A program made the position numbers and the translations under genes. 64,000 bases of DNA from NCBI RefSeq assembly GCF_964194155.1, contig NC_135887.1:3658001-3722000 (forward strand). The letters are read 5' to 3'. The notes beneath the pieces are model-generated. The model had not been told where the DNA came from and did not search any database. It saw nothing but the letters and a program-made list of their open reading frames with translations. Of this stretch, positions 36,804 through 50,410 are shown piece after piece. This DNA is from Cetorhinus maximus (lineage: Eukaryota). The number at the start of each line of letters is the position of its first letter. Position 1 is the stretch's first letter.

Positions 36804-37526
36804 GGGCTGAATTTTGCCGTTGGCGAGAAAGGGGCGGGGCCCACTCACCGACACGAAAATGACACGGGATGATGTCAGGGGAAACCCCCAATGTCATCCC
36901 ACCCCATTTAAATATTCAGGAAGGCGGGCGGACAGCGCGATAAGCTGTCTGCCCGCCGACCTGTCAATGGCCAATTGAGGCCATTGACAGGATCATTTAA
37001 ACAATTAAAGGACATGCTCGTCCAACCTTAAGGTTGGCGGGTCGGCCAGGAGCCCCAGCGGCAAATAGAGAAAACACGAAACCTCATCCAGCGGCTGGAT
37101 GAGGTTTCATGTCGGTTTTTAAAAAGTTTATTAAAGTTTTTGTGCAATTTATGAACATGTCCCATCTCGTGTGACATTGTCACATGAGGGGGACATGTTA
37201 ATGATTTTTTTATTTTTCTATTTTTAAAGTTTGAAAACCTTTCAGTGATCTCCCTGAGGCAGCACTTAGCCTCAGGGAGATGTGCGCATGCGTGAAAGAG
37301 CGCACTCTCGCATTTGGGGACTTCCCCCCGCCCGCACAGGGAGCGCATAGCGCTTCCCGTTGGATGTCACGCTGGGCGGGCCTTAATTGACCCGCCCACT
37401 TAAAATGGCGGCAGGGCCCGCTTCTCCGGCGGAGATCGGCCCCCCGCCCGCTGGAGTTTGGGTCCGGCCCCCCGCCCGCTGGAGTTGGGTCGGGCCCGCC
37501 CGCCCGACAGGCAGAAAATTCAGCCC
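36804..37526. mobile_element. Non-autonomous Harbinger element
   Basis: Perfect 12-bp TIRs GGGCTGAATTTT / AAAATTCAGCCC; flanks TAC / CAT, so the TSD is not clean. Confidence 0.88.
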
Positions 37527-38530
37527 CATATCTTTGTTATAGAGTGGACCTTCATACAACTTTCCTTAGTGGAAACATTGAACTTTATTTATAAGACAGC
37601 AACAGCAACTACACGTGTGCATCAAACTCCATAACTAAAGAGGAACCCCCTCCAGAGGTTCCCTGCGCTGTTAACACATGTGTTTACACAGATCATGTGA
37701 TCTTACAACACTTCTTAAAGCTACAGTCCTACATTTCCCAAAACTACAATTACTATAATCATCCTCTGCTTCACATGTTTATCTGCTCTTTCATTAAAAG
37801 ATGCAATGGTTTCTGCCTCAACTATTCCCTGCAGCAAACCATTACCTGCTGTAAAAACTCTTTGTGTTAAGAAATTTCTCATAAGCTCCTTGTCACTTTC
37901 TTGGTGACAATCTTAAATTGATGAGCCCCACCCCCCATCACTGACCCACCAACCAGAAAAAATAGTTTTACCTTATTCACCCAAACAAAAACCTTCACAA
38001 TCTTAAAATCCTATTACGCCTCCTCTGCTCCAATGGAAGTAGTAACAGTATCTTGAAAGTGTAGCAGCAACAATTCACTAGAATGACATTGGAGCTTGTG
38101 TAGATACTTGGTTGGTAGGACAAGCTAAAAATTCACCTGCGAATGGGACCATTAACTTATACTGGGTAATCAGAGGGAAGGTTTGTCATTCTGATGATTA
38201 ATAACAGGGAATGGATACAAAAGGAAGCTTCTATCTGGAATGGGGTTCAATTTATGAAAGCATCCTCAATGTAGCTGACACTGTGGGCAGAATTTGCCAT
38301 TTTTGTAACTACTGCCTCGGCAGGCGGGTCCCACGCCGCGTTTCCCGTTGGACAAAATGGTGGGAAATCATGTCCGATTTCGCACTCAGAAGCTCATTAC
38401 TTATGCAGAGGCGAGTTTCTCTGCAGACTGGCCGCCAGCCCATCACCTAATGGGGTCAAAGGTCTGGCCACCATATTTAAACGCCACCCTCACTCTCTCC
38501 AGCCCAGTTTTGAGAAGAAGATGTTTCCAG

Positions 38531-40262
38531 ATGGCCACGTCACAGAAGAGAAGCTGCCTTGAAGTTTAAAGACTCCCTGGAGGCACTCATCAACGGTGTA
38601 TTGCAACACCGGGATGTCCTCTACCCCAGGGATGGCTCCAGTAAGCCCACCAACCTCACCTTGCCGGCCTGGGAGGCAATTGCAAAGGTGGTCAGCACAT
38701 CAGGCAACCACCCAAGAAACGCCACCCAATGTAGGAAGAGGATGAATGAACTCACCCCACTCCGCCAGGGTAAGCCAACCTTCAGCTCACTCCAATCTCA
38801 CACCCTCATAACGGCATCATGCACTTACACTGCTCAGGGATCTCTGACAATATTAGCGGTGGACACATCAGTACTGATTGTTTCACGGACACTTTAACAT
38901 CACCAGCATCTCCTCCATCATGCTGCACAAACTCCATCCACAGCCCTGACTGAGGAGGGCTCGACACACACTGCAGGCAGGCATGCTTCCCAACATCTCC
39001 TCCATCTCTTCTCATCACATTCCATCCATTTGTCTTCATCCAGGCCAAGCTTGCCCACAACAAGAGGGAGAGATCCCAGACTGGAGGAGGGAGCGCTGAC
39101 ATTGTGGATCTGTCAGAATTTGAGGAGGATGCCACCGAGTTGCCAGGCGAGGACAGAGATCGCTCCTGTGGGGGAGGCGAGATTGTCCTCTCCCAGCAAA
39201 CCAGTATGGATAAAGTGACCACATCCTGACATTCTCAGTATGTGACTTACAGTGTCATATTCAGTCTGTTCATGAACTAAATCTATCTGGTCTCTCTTAC
39301 AGGCGCCAGCAGATCCAGACAGACCACCAGAGCCAACATAAGCCTCAGCCCCCAGCCACCTCAGACAAGGAGGCTCAGGAACTATTTGAAGAAGATCCAT
39401 CACTGCATTCCCCTGCACTCTCCACCAGCGCAGAGACACACACCCCGGTGGGTCCTAGTTAGAGTAGGCTCAGGGTCTCAATCTGGGGAACACCTCACAG
39501 ACACATCTGCACAGCAGAGACAGTGACAGTCCAGATCTTTGTCACTCGGTGGACGCTGGAGATCAAGCAGCTGCTGAGTCTGAGTCTGATGATGAGCCTC
39601 TGGAAACGACCATGTCAAACATGCTGGAGGTGCAACGACAGACGGTCAGAAGGAGTTGCGAGAGGCAGTCAGCAGACCAGAGTGAAGGATGGAGGACTCC
39701 TTCCGCTTTCTTTCTGATGTTGTGTCTCTGACTTGTGGGTGTCCTGAGGTCTCCATGGGAAGGCTGGCAACTGCCTTGGAGACCTTGGTCCAGCAGATCC
39801 TGCCGGATTTGGGCTGGGACCTGCACTCCATCACTGCGGGCATTGGCGAGATCCATCAGTGGCTAGGCAAGAGGTGGGTGGGGCACCTTGACCTCCTTCC
39901 AGGTGCTCGTTCTCCTCAGGGCGTCAGGCAAGGGTCCTCAGGCACCCACAGGGAGAAGAAACAGCAGCTGGAGACCCCGGGGCCATCCACCCAGGTGACT
40001 CCAAGTGTCCAGCTGACCCCAATCCCCTCTGCCTATGACCCCATCACCTCGAGCTGTACAGGTCAAGGCAGGTGCACCAGCCCCACAGCAGAACACCCAA
40101 AGCAGGCTGGGGCCCTCCAGCTCTCAACACTCTAGAGGATGCCTGCCAAAGTCATCAAAGACAACAGGGCACAGCAGTCAGCAAGCTGCCTCTACCTCTG
40201 CTGTGGATATCGGGGATGTATCTAGACATAGTGTTAGGGTTAGAAAAATTAAGATGCATTGA
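38531..40262 (+). pseudogene. Three-exon Harbinger Myb/SANT-like gene
   Basis: SLEALINGV..AWEAIA..TQCRKRMNEL|gtaag (38769); exon 2 at 39044 AKLAHNKRERSQTGGG; exon 3 from 39303 to RVRKIKMH*. Confidence 0.85.
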
Positions 40263-40972
40263 AATCACTTCTATGTCACAGGTGTTCAGTCACTATTAAT
40301 ACAATGCACCTTTGTAAATACATTTGCTGTTCATGAGAATGGCGTCATCAATTGAAAGCATCGTGCATATCCATCTATGTGACCTCTTATTGTGAGGGTG
40401 ATCCATGCTCCCACTCAGTGTTCACCTCCCTTTGTGAGCCTCACGAGATGTGTAGCTGACTCATGATAGTTACTCTACCCTTGTGTTATGTCAGGGAGAT
40501 GTGTCAAACGCTTTACTGAAGTGTCTGCAAAATGCATCAGTAACCATACTCCTTACAAGATAACATGTAGTTAGGAGTGTTCACTAGCCTGGGAGAGGCA
40601 GCTGCAATTGTCTCTCCAAACGAGATGGCAGCCCTCACTGGTGCCAAAGCACAAGACCTGCAGCCATGATGGTCTCTCCAACCATGTGTGCATCTCAATG
40701 CCCACAAAAAGCTTCTCGTAAAGGAGACAACAACTGCATCAAGTAATCTGATGCAGCATTTGCGCTGCTGCACTGACCTTCACTTCCCAGAGTGCACAGC
40801 GACAGGGTTCGCCACTGACCTTTCCATAGGTTAGAGCCTGGTGAATCATAAGGGTTGAAAGGGCAAGTCCAATTGATGAACTTGCTCTCGATGTCACTGG
40901 TTGTAAAGGCCTTTCTGGTGTGGCACTAAGGGACGGGAGGAATGTGGCTGTGTCCATTACCTATACCTTGAT

Positions 40973-41804
40973 TGTTATGACACAGCTGATGGTAGAGGCT
41001 GAGCTGTTCAAATCTCAGAGGGAAATTTGAAACAACTGTCATAATCCATTTTTGCAATTTGTAATTTTGAGATGCAGATTTTGAATTCAGTAGGAATAAA
41101 ACCACCGAGTCTCGTGATTTTTATATAAAACTAAATTAAACATTTATTAATTTAACAACAAATTAAACACATACACATGGCTACAAATTACTACTATAAT
41201 AACTTTTTAACAAATCCCCAAATTAATCACCCCCAGGTAAATCTTCACTAAGGCAACAGTAACCCATAGACTTTAAATAGACACCAGGAAAAGCACATTA
41301 GACCTTAAGAATTCCAAATGAGGTTCCTTTGTAAGTTAGTTGGAGGCGTACAGGCTGATTCGGTCTTAAATGCCTCTACCTTACACACACAAACTCCCTT
41401 CTTTATATACCGAGCTTTCCCTTTGAATGTAAATTTTCCATTGTATCACTAGGTCTTTTGAACTTCAGCTCTTCTAACAATAAAACCCCTTTCATAGCAC
41501 CAATTTTATTAATAAGCTGAAAAAATAAACTCATTGTTTGGCTTCTTCTAGCTAGGTGCAAGATTTTATCTACAGTTTTGAATGGTTTATTCAACAAATG
41601 CAAATGAACACTTTATTTACAGTTCTCCTTCCTGTTCACCCAATTAACATCTCAAAACTACTATACACCAAAGCACCCAGACTAGCTGGCTTTAATCCAG
41701 TTAGGACACACACAGACACACACCTAGACACAGACCCCCACTAGAATTCTATTATAAAAAATAATTTCCAATAACATTATGCACATTAATATCTCTTCGT
41801 CACA
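40973..41804 (-). mobile_element. Putative solo LTR inserted between the convergent Harbinger genes
   Basis: TGTTATGAC...GTCACA termini; similar to 1621-3226 in reverse; sharp shift to AT-rich composition. Confidence 0.6.
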
Positions 41805-41810
41805 ATCACC

Positions 41811-43185
41811 CTAGAATTGTGTGGCTATCAGTGTGACACGGGCATGTCTTCTACATTGTGTTTCTTCGAGACTGTCCTCGGTTGGAAGCAGACCCTCATC
41901 TCCCAGTTCAGGTTCCATAAGACCATAAGACATAGGAGCAGAAATTAGGCCATTCGGCCCATCGAGTCTGCTCCGCCATTCAATCATGGCTGATAAGTTT
42001 CTCAACCCCATTCTCCCGCCTTCTCCCCGTAACCTTTGATCCCCTTACCAGTCAAGAACCTATCTATCTCGGGGTTCCTGCCCTTCCTACTCTTCATCGT
42101 CCAAGGAGCTCTCAGCCCCCTCCATGTCTCCCTTTGTCAAGGGTGCCCCCTCTGGAGCACCAGGTTGCAACATGTGCAACACACCATGATGATGTGGAAC
42201 ACCCTCTGTGGAGAGTGCTGCAGAGACCCACCCAAATGATCCAAACATCGGAAGCGCATTTTCAGGATGCCAATGGTCTGCTCGATGATGGATCGTGTCA
42301 CCTTATGCACCGTGTTGTATCTCTCCTCTGAGTGACTCAGAGGATGGCACACAGGTGTCATGAGCTATCATTTGAGCGGGTACCACTTATCCCCAAGTAG
42401 TCAGCTCTGTAATCGCTGAGGCCCTTTGAATATGTGAGGCACCTGGGAGTCACTCAGGATGTATGAGTCATGGCAATTTGCAGGGAACCTAGCACAAATA
42501 TGTATGATGTGCTTCTGATGATTGCATACCAGTTGAACATCAGGGAGTGGAACACTTTCCTGTTGATGAACTTCATGGGCTGGTGCCATGAAGCTTTTGA
42601 TGCCACATGTGTGCAATCGATTGTGCCCTGCACTCTAGGGAAGCTTTCGATATCTGCAAACCCTCGAAATCTAACATCCTGGATAGCTTCATCGAATGTG
42701 AACTTCACATAATGATGAGCCTAACGGTAGAGGGCATTTGTCACCTCCTTGATACATTTACGCACTGAGGACTGTGAGTTGCAGCGCAGGTTCCCTGTCG
42801 ATCCCTGGAACGATCCACGGGCAAAGGATTTCAGCGCAGCGGTGACCTTCAGGGCCACTGGCAAGGGATCTTCTCCCAGTCCATGGGGTGTTCGATCCTC
42901 CCACAGATGTGATCCACCAGATCTCTTGACAAGCGAGACATATGCAGCATTGGCTGTTGCTCATCTCCAGATAGGATAGTCTTCTTCAGTAGACCTTTGA
43001 CATGCGAGTCACCTCCGTGGAATGGGTCCAACCTCCTCATCCTCTGGTTGTTGCTGGGGATCCCCCCGCACTATGGTCGTCAGGCCAGGCCTCCTCTCGA
43101 AGTTGGGCACGGCAGGTCCGGGCCCTTCTCCTCCTCAGTCAGATCACTGCCACCAAGAAGGCAGCATTGAGCACAGGCTCCATCA
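41811..43185 (-). pseudogene. Harbinger transposase, frameshifted
   Basis: FPRVQGTIDCTHV, INRKVFHSL, HDSYIL, GDKWYP, IIEQTIGILKMRFRCLD, CCTCCNL motifs. Confidence 0.9.
41917..42072 (-). mobile_element. Short 5'-truncated CR1 3' tail inserted in the transposase C-terminus
   Basis: ATAAGACC repeat tail; GGTTCC on both sides (41911-41916 and 42073-42078); the transposase frame resumes across it. Confidence 0.8.
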
Positions 43186-46100
43186 TTCAATCCTCCTTCT
43201 CCCTGGCGACTGATAGATGCAAGAGATTAATGAACTCTGGGCAAATAGAATAGACCTCCCACTCACAAACAGAAAGCCAATGTCGTGCCCTAGAGCTGTG
43301 TCTGTGCTACTAGCTTCTCCCTGATACAGCTTTACAGCTGAGGCACACACTCCCAGATCTAGGTGACCATGATGCCAACCCTGATACTTGACATCTCAAT
43401 CCCACAGAGCTTGGGAGAGGTTTGGATACATGCATGAAGTGTGTCACCTTACCAAAGGCCCTCCTGCAATTGTATGCTGATCAAGCTCAATTTGCACTTC
43501 AGCAATGACTGGATGCCCTTATGCCAATCGGGGAAAGCACATTAAAGGCTTTCACTGATGATCTGGCAGATATGCATCAGCTGTGCTTCCCTCATGTTTG
43601 CCTGCATTTTCTACCCTCACAAACCTCCCTGTTGAAGCTCAAATGGAGCGACTGTACTGTGAAGACAATGATTCCTGCAGCCTCTCGTCAAAGCCCAACG
43701 AAAGGCAATGGCTCCAAATGCACCTTCTCAAGGAAGTCTTCCTCTTTTTTTCTCAGCTCTGACTCTATTTCAATGTTTGGAGTCCACACAATTTGAGGGC
43801 ACCCCTTGAAATGGGCCCCTTAGTCCAGCCCTGGGCTCCTCCCACCCTGACTCAGACCCCTCCCGTGCAGATTCTTTTCCAGTTTCAATTTCTAACAATG
43901 ACTCAACTTCATGATTGAAAGATGTTGGTGCTCCAATTCTATTTTGAGACCAGCTTCAACACCCGCCCCGCCAACCACATTGCCTTCCTGTCAGTGACCT
44001 GGTCCCTCCAATCTTCCTGGAACCCCCATGGTGTGAAGGTAGAGCTCCCTCCTGCTGCTCTCCAGCATTCCCAATAATCCTGGATCCCATTGCAATTGTG
44101 GTGAACATTCCAACCCTCCCCTTGAACCCATCACTGTAGATGTCCCCATGGCCACTGTGGACCTCACCCCTCCCCGTCTCGAGGCTGAGCGCATGGTCCC
44201 CTCTGTACTATGTATCCCCTGCAACCCCCAGGAAAGTTTTGAATACCCCTCTCTGTACTATGTATTTCCCCTTTACAGGCTACAGATGCCTCGCCATCCC
44301 TGACCATCCCATCTGCAGCCCAATACCAAACCAGACAAGCCCATGGCCAGCGACAGTAAAACCATGACCAAGCCCTGTGAACCAAGCTGTGCCTTATCCC
44401 AATTGAGCACACAGGCCTTGCCCCTCCCTGGAGCAGGACTACGACGTGCGTGCCATGCATAGCCCTGTAGCATGGCCCACAAATCCCCAGGACAGCCTTT
44501 AATCTCTCAACCCAACCTCTTGGCCTCAGACTGTCTTTTAATGAGTTTTCCTGTTCCTTCTTTACTGATGACAACACATTCTCCCTCCCCTACCCCTCCA
44601 TGCAACCCATCCCTCTTGTAGCACACTAACACAACACTCCCTCGTAATCGGGTGTATGCGTGCATCCCCTCCCTTTCATACAGTTTGATTCCCATCCATC
44701 CCCTTCCGTGTCTGCATTCCAGTCTTCCATGCCGGGCTCCAGCTTCCCCACCCTTGGTCTTTCCTCTGCCTGCCTTTGTCTCCCCGCTCCCCTCTCCAAT
44801 TCCACCATTGCCCATTGTCCCCTGTGTCTCCGTCTTCCTTCCCAAACCCTCCCTGCGCATCCCACCTACCCCCCCACCCCACCACCACTGGTCGCAATGC
44901 TGGTCTCTGTCTCATCTGCAGCCCTGCCTGAGCCTCACAGTAGACACACTCCCAGAGAACGGAGGAAGCTGCATGCTATTTATTTCCAAACGTGTTTCAG
45001 ACCAGTCTAATGTTCCGTTGACCTGGCGCTAGATTGGGAAAGGCTATGTGATTCCAGCAAGTAGCGTTTTTAATGAGCATTCATGGCATGGTAATAATGC
45101 ATGTAAATGGTGTTATGCCATGGATCAGGGGGAAATCCGACCCGCCTTCAACCCACCATGAAAAGGGTGAGGGGAAAATTCCAAGCTGTTTTTCAGCCGG
45201 CAGGAATCCGATTTTTGGCCTCTCTCCAAATTTTCCAGTTCCGCTCACCACAAAACCCGTCACAGGCCGGAGGGGAAAATTCTGCTCTATGTAACTTATT
45301 GCATGTAAATATATAACATGAAGTTAGTAAAATCCTTAATTGGCTCCCTTTCTCCTCCTTTTACAGAGATAGTGTATCATCTGGGCATAAGGTAATTATC
45401 ACATGAATCCTTGCCAAAAATAATTCATAAATCAGTCAAATTATGAAAAACACATTAAAGTCCTAAAGCTATTTATTATATTGTCTACTATAAATGAGTT
45501 GGTAAGTAGCCCAATTAGTTCTTCAATTTGAAAAATACACTGTTCACTTATATTTGATCAGTTCCATTTTCCTTGGGTTACTTAGCAGTTGCTGACAAGG
45601 TGAAGTATTTCTTCTAATGATTAGAGGAAATAGCAGAGAGACATTTCAGTATGGAGCTACCATGGACCAGTTGTGATAATGGTTAAGGGGAAACTCAATA
45701 TTTACCTGCCTCCCAAATGAAAGTAGTGGTAAGGACAGCGATTGAGACTTTTAAGTCCTCATTTTACTTCATGGCATCAACCATTACAACAAAGGTGCAG
45801 TGTACATCTGGTGAGATTGAGTTTTGAAAATTCCCTTCAAACTGCATTATAAGTTATTTCCTCCAAATGGTTACATGTTGATGTGCAAAATAGTAAGCGT
45901 ACAGAGAAAGTAAAATCTTGTTAAGGGTGTGATGAGCATTTGTTTGCCATCTGGCATGTACTTGTTGATCGTTTTTTCATAGAAACAGTTGGCGCTTTAT
46001 TCAACATGAAAGCAATACGAAGATGAAGATATTCTCATCTAGCCAGACTTGAAGCGATTTCCCATGCAGAGGTGAAATGTTAGAGCTCTATTTTATGTTG

Positions 46101-46270
46101 GTCTTAGCAACAAGTTCCTATTAAGCTGGTTGCATGCAGTTGGTGATTACTTCAAATACTGTCTATTGGATTTGCTTTAAAATCTAGGCACATACATTTT
46201 TTTTTAAACTGTCTTTCTGACCATAGCTGTTATTTCAGACCAATACAGTTCTGTGATAGAAGTGTGTTAA

Positions 46271-46425
46271 TGTCACAATGCAGTGCTGTGGTGTCATTAT
46301 GTGTGATGTCACAATGCAGTGCCATGGTGTCATTATGTGTGATGTCACAATGCATTGTCATGGTGTCATGTGTGATGTCATAATGCATTGTCATGGTGTC
46401 ATTAAGTGTGATGTCATAATGCAAT
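46271..46425. repeat. About 36-bp minisatellite (TGTCACAATGCAGTGCCATGGTGTCATTATGTGTGA), about 4.5 copies
   Basis: Tandem array visible directly. Confidence 0.9.
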
Positions 46426-47947
46426 ACCACAGCATCACCGTGTGTGCGGGTCATTATTATCTCTGTAGTGACATCATGGCAAAGCTTCATTAACAACATT
46501 ATGCTATTTTTTACACACTGGTCAAGGTAGCTGGCCCCCACAGGAAGACCACCTGTATGAGGTAATGGTAATGGTAAAGGGAGAGTGACACAGTTAGCTC
46601 CTTCACACAAGCCCTGACCTCCATTATAAAAGGAGCTTTGATCTCAATAGAGCTACTACATAAATAATTGTGGCTACTTTTGAAGAGTTTTGTGTGATCA
46701 TCTGGCTGTAATTTCCAATGAACCTTGACTCTTACACAAAGGTCTCTGGACTCAAACTCCATCTGGCTTGTTGGAGTTAATTACAGCTTGATGTGAGGTT
46801 TATGAGATGCTGGTGTATCTTCTTTGTAGGATAAACCCATTCTGTCATCACAGTAAAGCATATATGTAGGAAACTTTCACCAAGAGTGCAGACACTCTAA
46901 ATCACCCTGTCAGCTAACTAAACCATTGTTGCTTTCTACAATATATTGTACAAAAGCGCTGGCTCATGAAACCATGCACTTAAACAAGTAATGTCATGTA
47001 ACATAATCGCTTATCAAATCTCAGCTGTGCACTTGCCCTAGATTCATGCATTTCCACTGAGGCTTTAAAATGACTTCAATGAGAAGTTCACCAGGCTGCT
47101 TAAAGTGACAAATATGGTTTCAATATCCAACTGGAGGGAGGAAAATTGAGAGTCACTCTGTTAAGAAAATCATTTCGAAAATCATCCTGATTCCCATTTA
47201 TCCCATCGCAAGGAAAGCAATGAAATCAATATATTTTTTTTTAAAAGATGTTTCCAAATGTATGCACTCAGTCACTGTGCATTCTAAGGTCCTCATTTCC
47301 CACCTATTATTCCAACTTGTTCAGGGGTACAGTAGCTAAGCAACCTTCTAATCTGCATCAGTGCAGGTTACATGCATTATATTAGGCACCAGTCTGACAA
47401 GTGGAAATGCAGTTACACACTTGATTATTGTGATGTTTATAAATAGAAACTTTAATAATTACTTCTAAAGATGAAAAATACAGAACTAATTTGGAATAAA
47501 GCTAACAAGGTGAAGAATGCTATTTTTGAAAGAGTTCATTACTTACTGCTGATCAAAGAAAAGCTGTTGGTAAATAATCAATTCAAATTAATTTATTTAA
47601 TTTTAAACATATATTTTGCTCTGAGCATTTGTTTCACCTCATGAATGTTGAACCTAATTCTTCTCATATTAATATTTTTAAATGTCTAAACAAGTAAATG
47701 AAGAAATGAGCTCCCCTTTAATTAATGTTAATAAGAATAACATAATGGCAGAAGACAAAAGGGGCATAGCTATCAGCAGGACAAAAATAGAATCCATTTG
47801 GATAGGGATAAAAGATAATACAGGGTCAAACACATTAATGAATGTAGTCTACAGACCACCTAATCGTGGAATTGAGGTATAGGAAGAATTATGTGGACAA
47901 AGTAGGGTATTGAGTAAAAAAAATTGAATAATCTTAGGGGATGTCAA

Positions 47948-48116
47948 CTTTTTTTTATTCATTCATGGGATATGGGCTTCGCTGGCTGGGCCAGCATTTA
48001 TTGCCCATCCCTAGTTGCCCTTGAGAAGGTGGTGGTGAGCTGCTTTCCTGAACCACTGCAGTCCATGAGGTGTAGGTACACCCACAGTGCTATTAGGAAG
48101 GGAGTTCCAGGATTTT
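47948..48116 (-). mobile_element. LINE 3' tail fragment sharing its end with the SINE at 58500-58865
   Basis: Minus strand ..AGGGATGGGCAATAAATGCTGGCCCAGCCAGCGAAGCCCATATCCCATGAATGAATAAAA. Confidence 0.7.
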
Positions 48117-48358
48117 AACTACCTTAACATTAATTGGGCAGAAGGGGTAGATAAAGAGGATAAGGGAATGGCATTCCTACAATGTGTGCAGGATTCCTTT
48201 CTAGCCCAATATGTAAAAAGCCCAACAAGGGAAGATTCGCCATTGGACCTGGTAATGGGGGATGGACCAGGGCAGACAAGGAAAGTAAAAGTAGAGGAGC
48301 ATCTCGACAATAGTGACCATAATATTATACACTTTAAGATGATGATAGAGAAGAACAT

Positions 48359-49274
48359 GGGCTGAATTTTACCCTTGACGGGCGGGCGGGCCCAACCGAC
48401 TCGGCGGTGGGCAGGCAGCCAATCGCCGCCGCCAAAACGGGCCACACCGTCATTTTGAGCAAGCAGGCCAATTAAGGCCCGCCCAGCGGGTTTGTGACTC
48501 CCGTGTACAATGGGAAAATCGAATCTGCGGCGGGCATGTTCAGACCGCCGGTTCCAATGGAGAACCGACAATCTGTATAAAGAATGGCCAGGCAGCCTCC
48601 TTGCCCTTGAGACAGTTCACCATGGCCACTCATAGGGAAGGACATGCTGGTTTGAGGGCACAGGAGGAGGAGGAGGGGGGCAGGCTGCAGGATAGGCCAG
48701 CGGGGGGGCACTATGCCCCTCGGTTCTCAGATGCCTGCCTTGCTGCCCTCCTCGAAGAGATGTCCAGCCGTCGGGATATTTTGTATCCAGAGGATGGGAG
48801 GAGGAGGGCCCCCCACGTCACCAGGCAGGTGTCATGAGCCACCTTCTGAGGGGATAGCCCTTGTCACCCAGCAGCCATCCATCCAGCCGGGCTGGAGCAC
48901 TGAAGAGCCCCGGCACCTGGGAGTGTCTGAGGATGTAGGCGATGTGGGAGCTGCCTGGGTACCTTGCACAGACTTGTAGAATCTGCATCCTGTGATCACA
49001 CACTATCTGCACATTCATAGAGTGGAAGCCCTCCCTTCCTGTTGATGCCCGTGACGCTCGTTGGGCCCGTGCGCCGAGCCAAAGTTCGCACGGGCCCCTC
49101 AAAATCGTCGATGATTGGCAAGTTAAGGGCCTTAATGGGGCCTTTAATTAATGGCGGGTATGCGTCCCGCTGCATAGTGTGCCCGCCAACCGAAATACCG
49201 CGATGCCGCGCGTGACATTTTAAGCGCTGGCGTGCAGACTTCGCCACTCACACGTCAGCCAGAAAATTCTATCC
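48359..49274. mobile_element. Internally deleted Harbinger (Myb N-terminus fused to a transposase fragment)
   Basis: TIRs GGGCTGAATTTT / AAAATTCTATCC; TSD CAT; APRFSDACLAALLEE (+) joined at about 48829 to [28 protein letters not shown] (-). Confidence 0.92.
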
Positions 49275-49405
49275 CATGAGTACGATGAAAACCAGGTTAA
49301 TCGGGAGAAAAGCTGATTTTGAAGGGCTGGGAATAGAACTTGGGAAAATATAATGCAGAACTATATTGGCATACAATGACATGGAACAAAATGGAAAATA
49401 TTTAA

Positions 49406-50410
49406 AATGGTGTTTGGTGTTACCCCCAGACTACTCAAATGCAACAAACACCAACATATGCTGCAGGGAGAACCCCTCTTCTCCTCACCTACTAAGGCTG
49501 ATGTAAGCATGGTCACTATCTGTTTGCCCACCCAGTGTGCGCCAAATGCCCAATGCAGTAACGACACTGAGACGTGGGGGGGGGAGGGCTCAAAGGCTAA
49601 GACTACCTGCTGGGTAAAATGGCCAAGGCTGATATGGTATTCACCCTTCCAGAGTGCAGCAAATCATTGAAGCACTTGCGGCCCTGGGTTCCTGTGCGCC
49701 GCACATCGTCATGGGCACTTACAGCCACCGCCACCTCCCACCATCCAAGAATAGAAGCTGAGGAGCGCTACAGTAGGAGCCAGGACACCACAACGGCTGT
49801 GGTGGAGAGAACCATCGGTCTTCCCAAGGTGCGCTTCCATTGCCTGGACCGCTCAGGGGACGCACTCCAGTATCCCCCAGATCGCGTCTCTGTGATAGTG
49901 GTAGCATGCTGCACTCTGCACAATCTTGCGCTGGAAAGGGGGGATGCAGTTGACGATGAAGACCTTGACGCACTGGATGAGGCTGCACATGATGAATCCA
50001 GCAGTGGCTCAGAGGATGAGGAAGCACAGGGCGATGATATGGGGCAGCACGCTGACCCGCTATTACACCAAGCAGGCAGGGACACCCAGGACAAGTTAAT
50101 CCAACGAACCCTCAGCCCCTTGAGGATGCGTGTCTCTAGCACCTTCCAAAGTTGCCTTATCCCATTTGTGACCACTATCCCCATGGCCTAACATGCCATG
50201 GCATCGCTGCTGCACATCCAAAGACTTACTGCATCTTAGGAGGGTTTGTACCTCCACCACCCTTTCAGCCAGTGCGTCCCACATTACTCTGTCCAAAAGG
50301 TGGTCAGCACCTCACCTGTCAACCTCGTGGCACTCAACTTAAACAAATGCCACCACGTTAATCATCCCTGCGCCAAGGGGAAATGTTGCTTTCTGTCCAC
50401 CCATTCTATG
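49406..50410. mobile_element. Displaced internal Harbinger segment (Myb exon 1 end and intron on minus; transposase C-terminus on plus)
   Basis: Minus 49740-49645 WEVAVAVS..RRTGTQGRKCFNDLL|gtgaat; plus 49733-50115 closely matches 12518-12900. Confidence 0.88.

Larger units (their letters stand above)
38285..45287. mobile_element. Second large Harbinger transposon (about 7 kb, decayed, with nested insertions)
   Basis: TIRs GGGCAGAATTT / AAATTCTGCTC; flanks TGT / TAT; Myb gene (+) convergent with transposase (-). Confidence 0.8.

Noticed and set aside
46230-46610. His/Cys-repeat ORF (HCDITHNDT)
   Set aside because: Product of the 36-bp tandem repeat; no splice or homology support.
48829-49735. 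Simple inversion as the explanation of the two Myb/transposase junctions
   Set aside because: The CAT TSD and the host CR1 frame are collinear across the TIR at 49274, which an inversion of this segment would have flipped.
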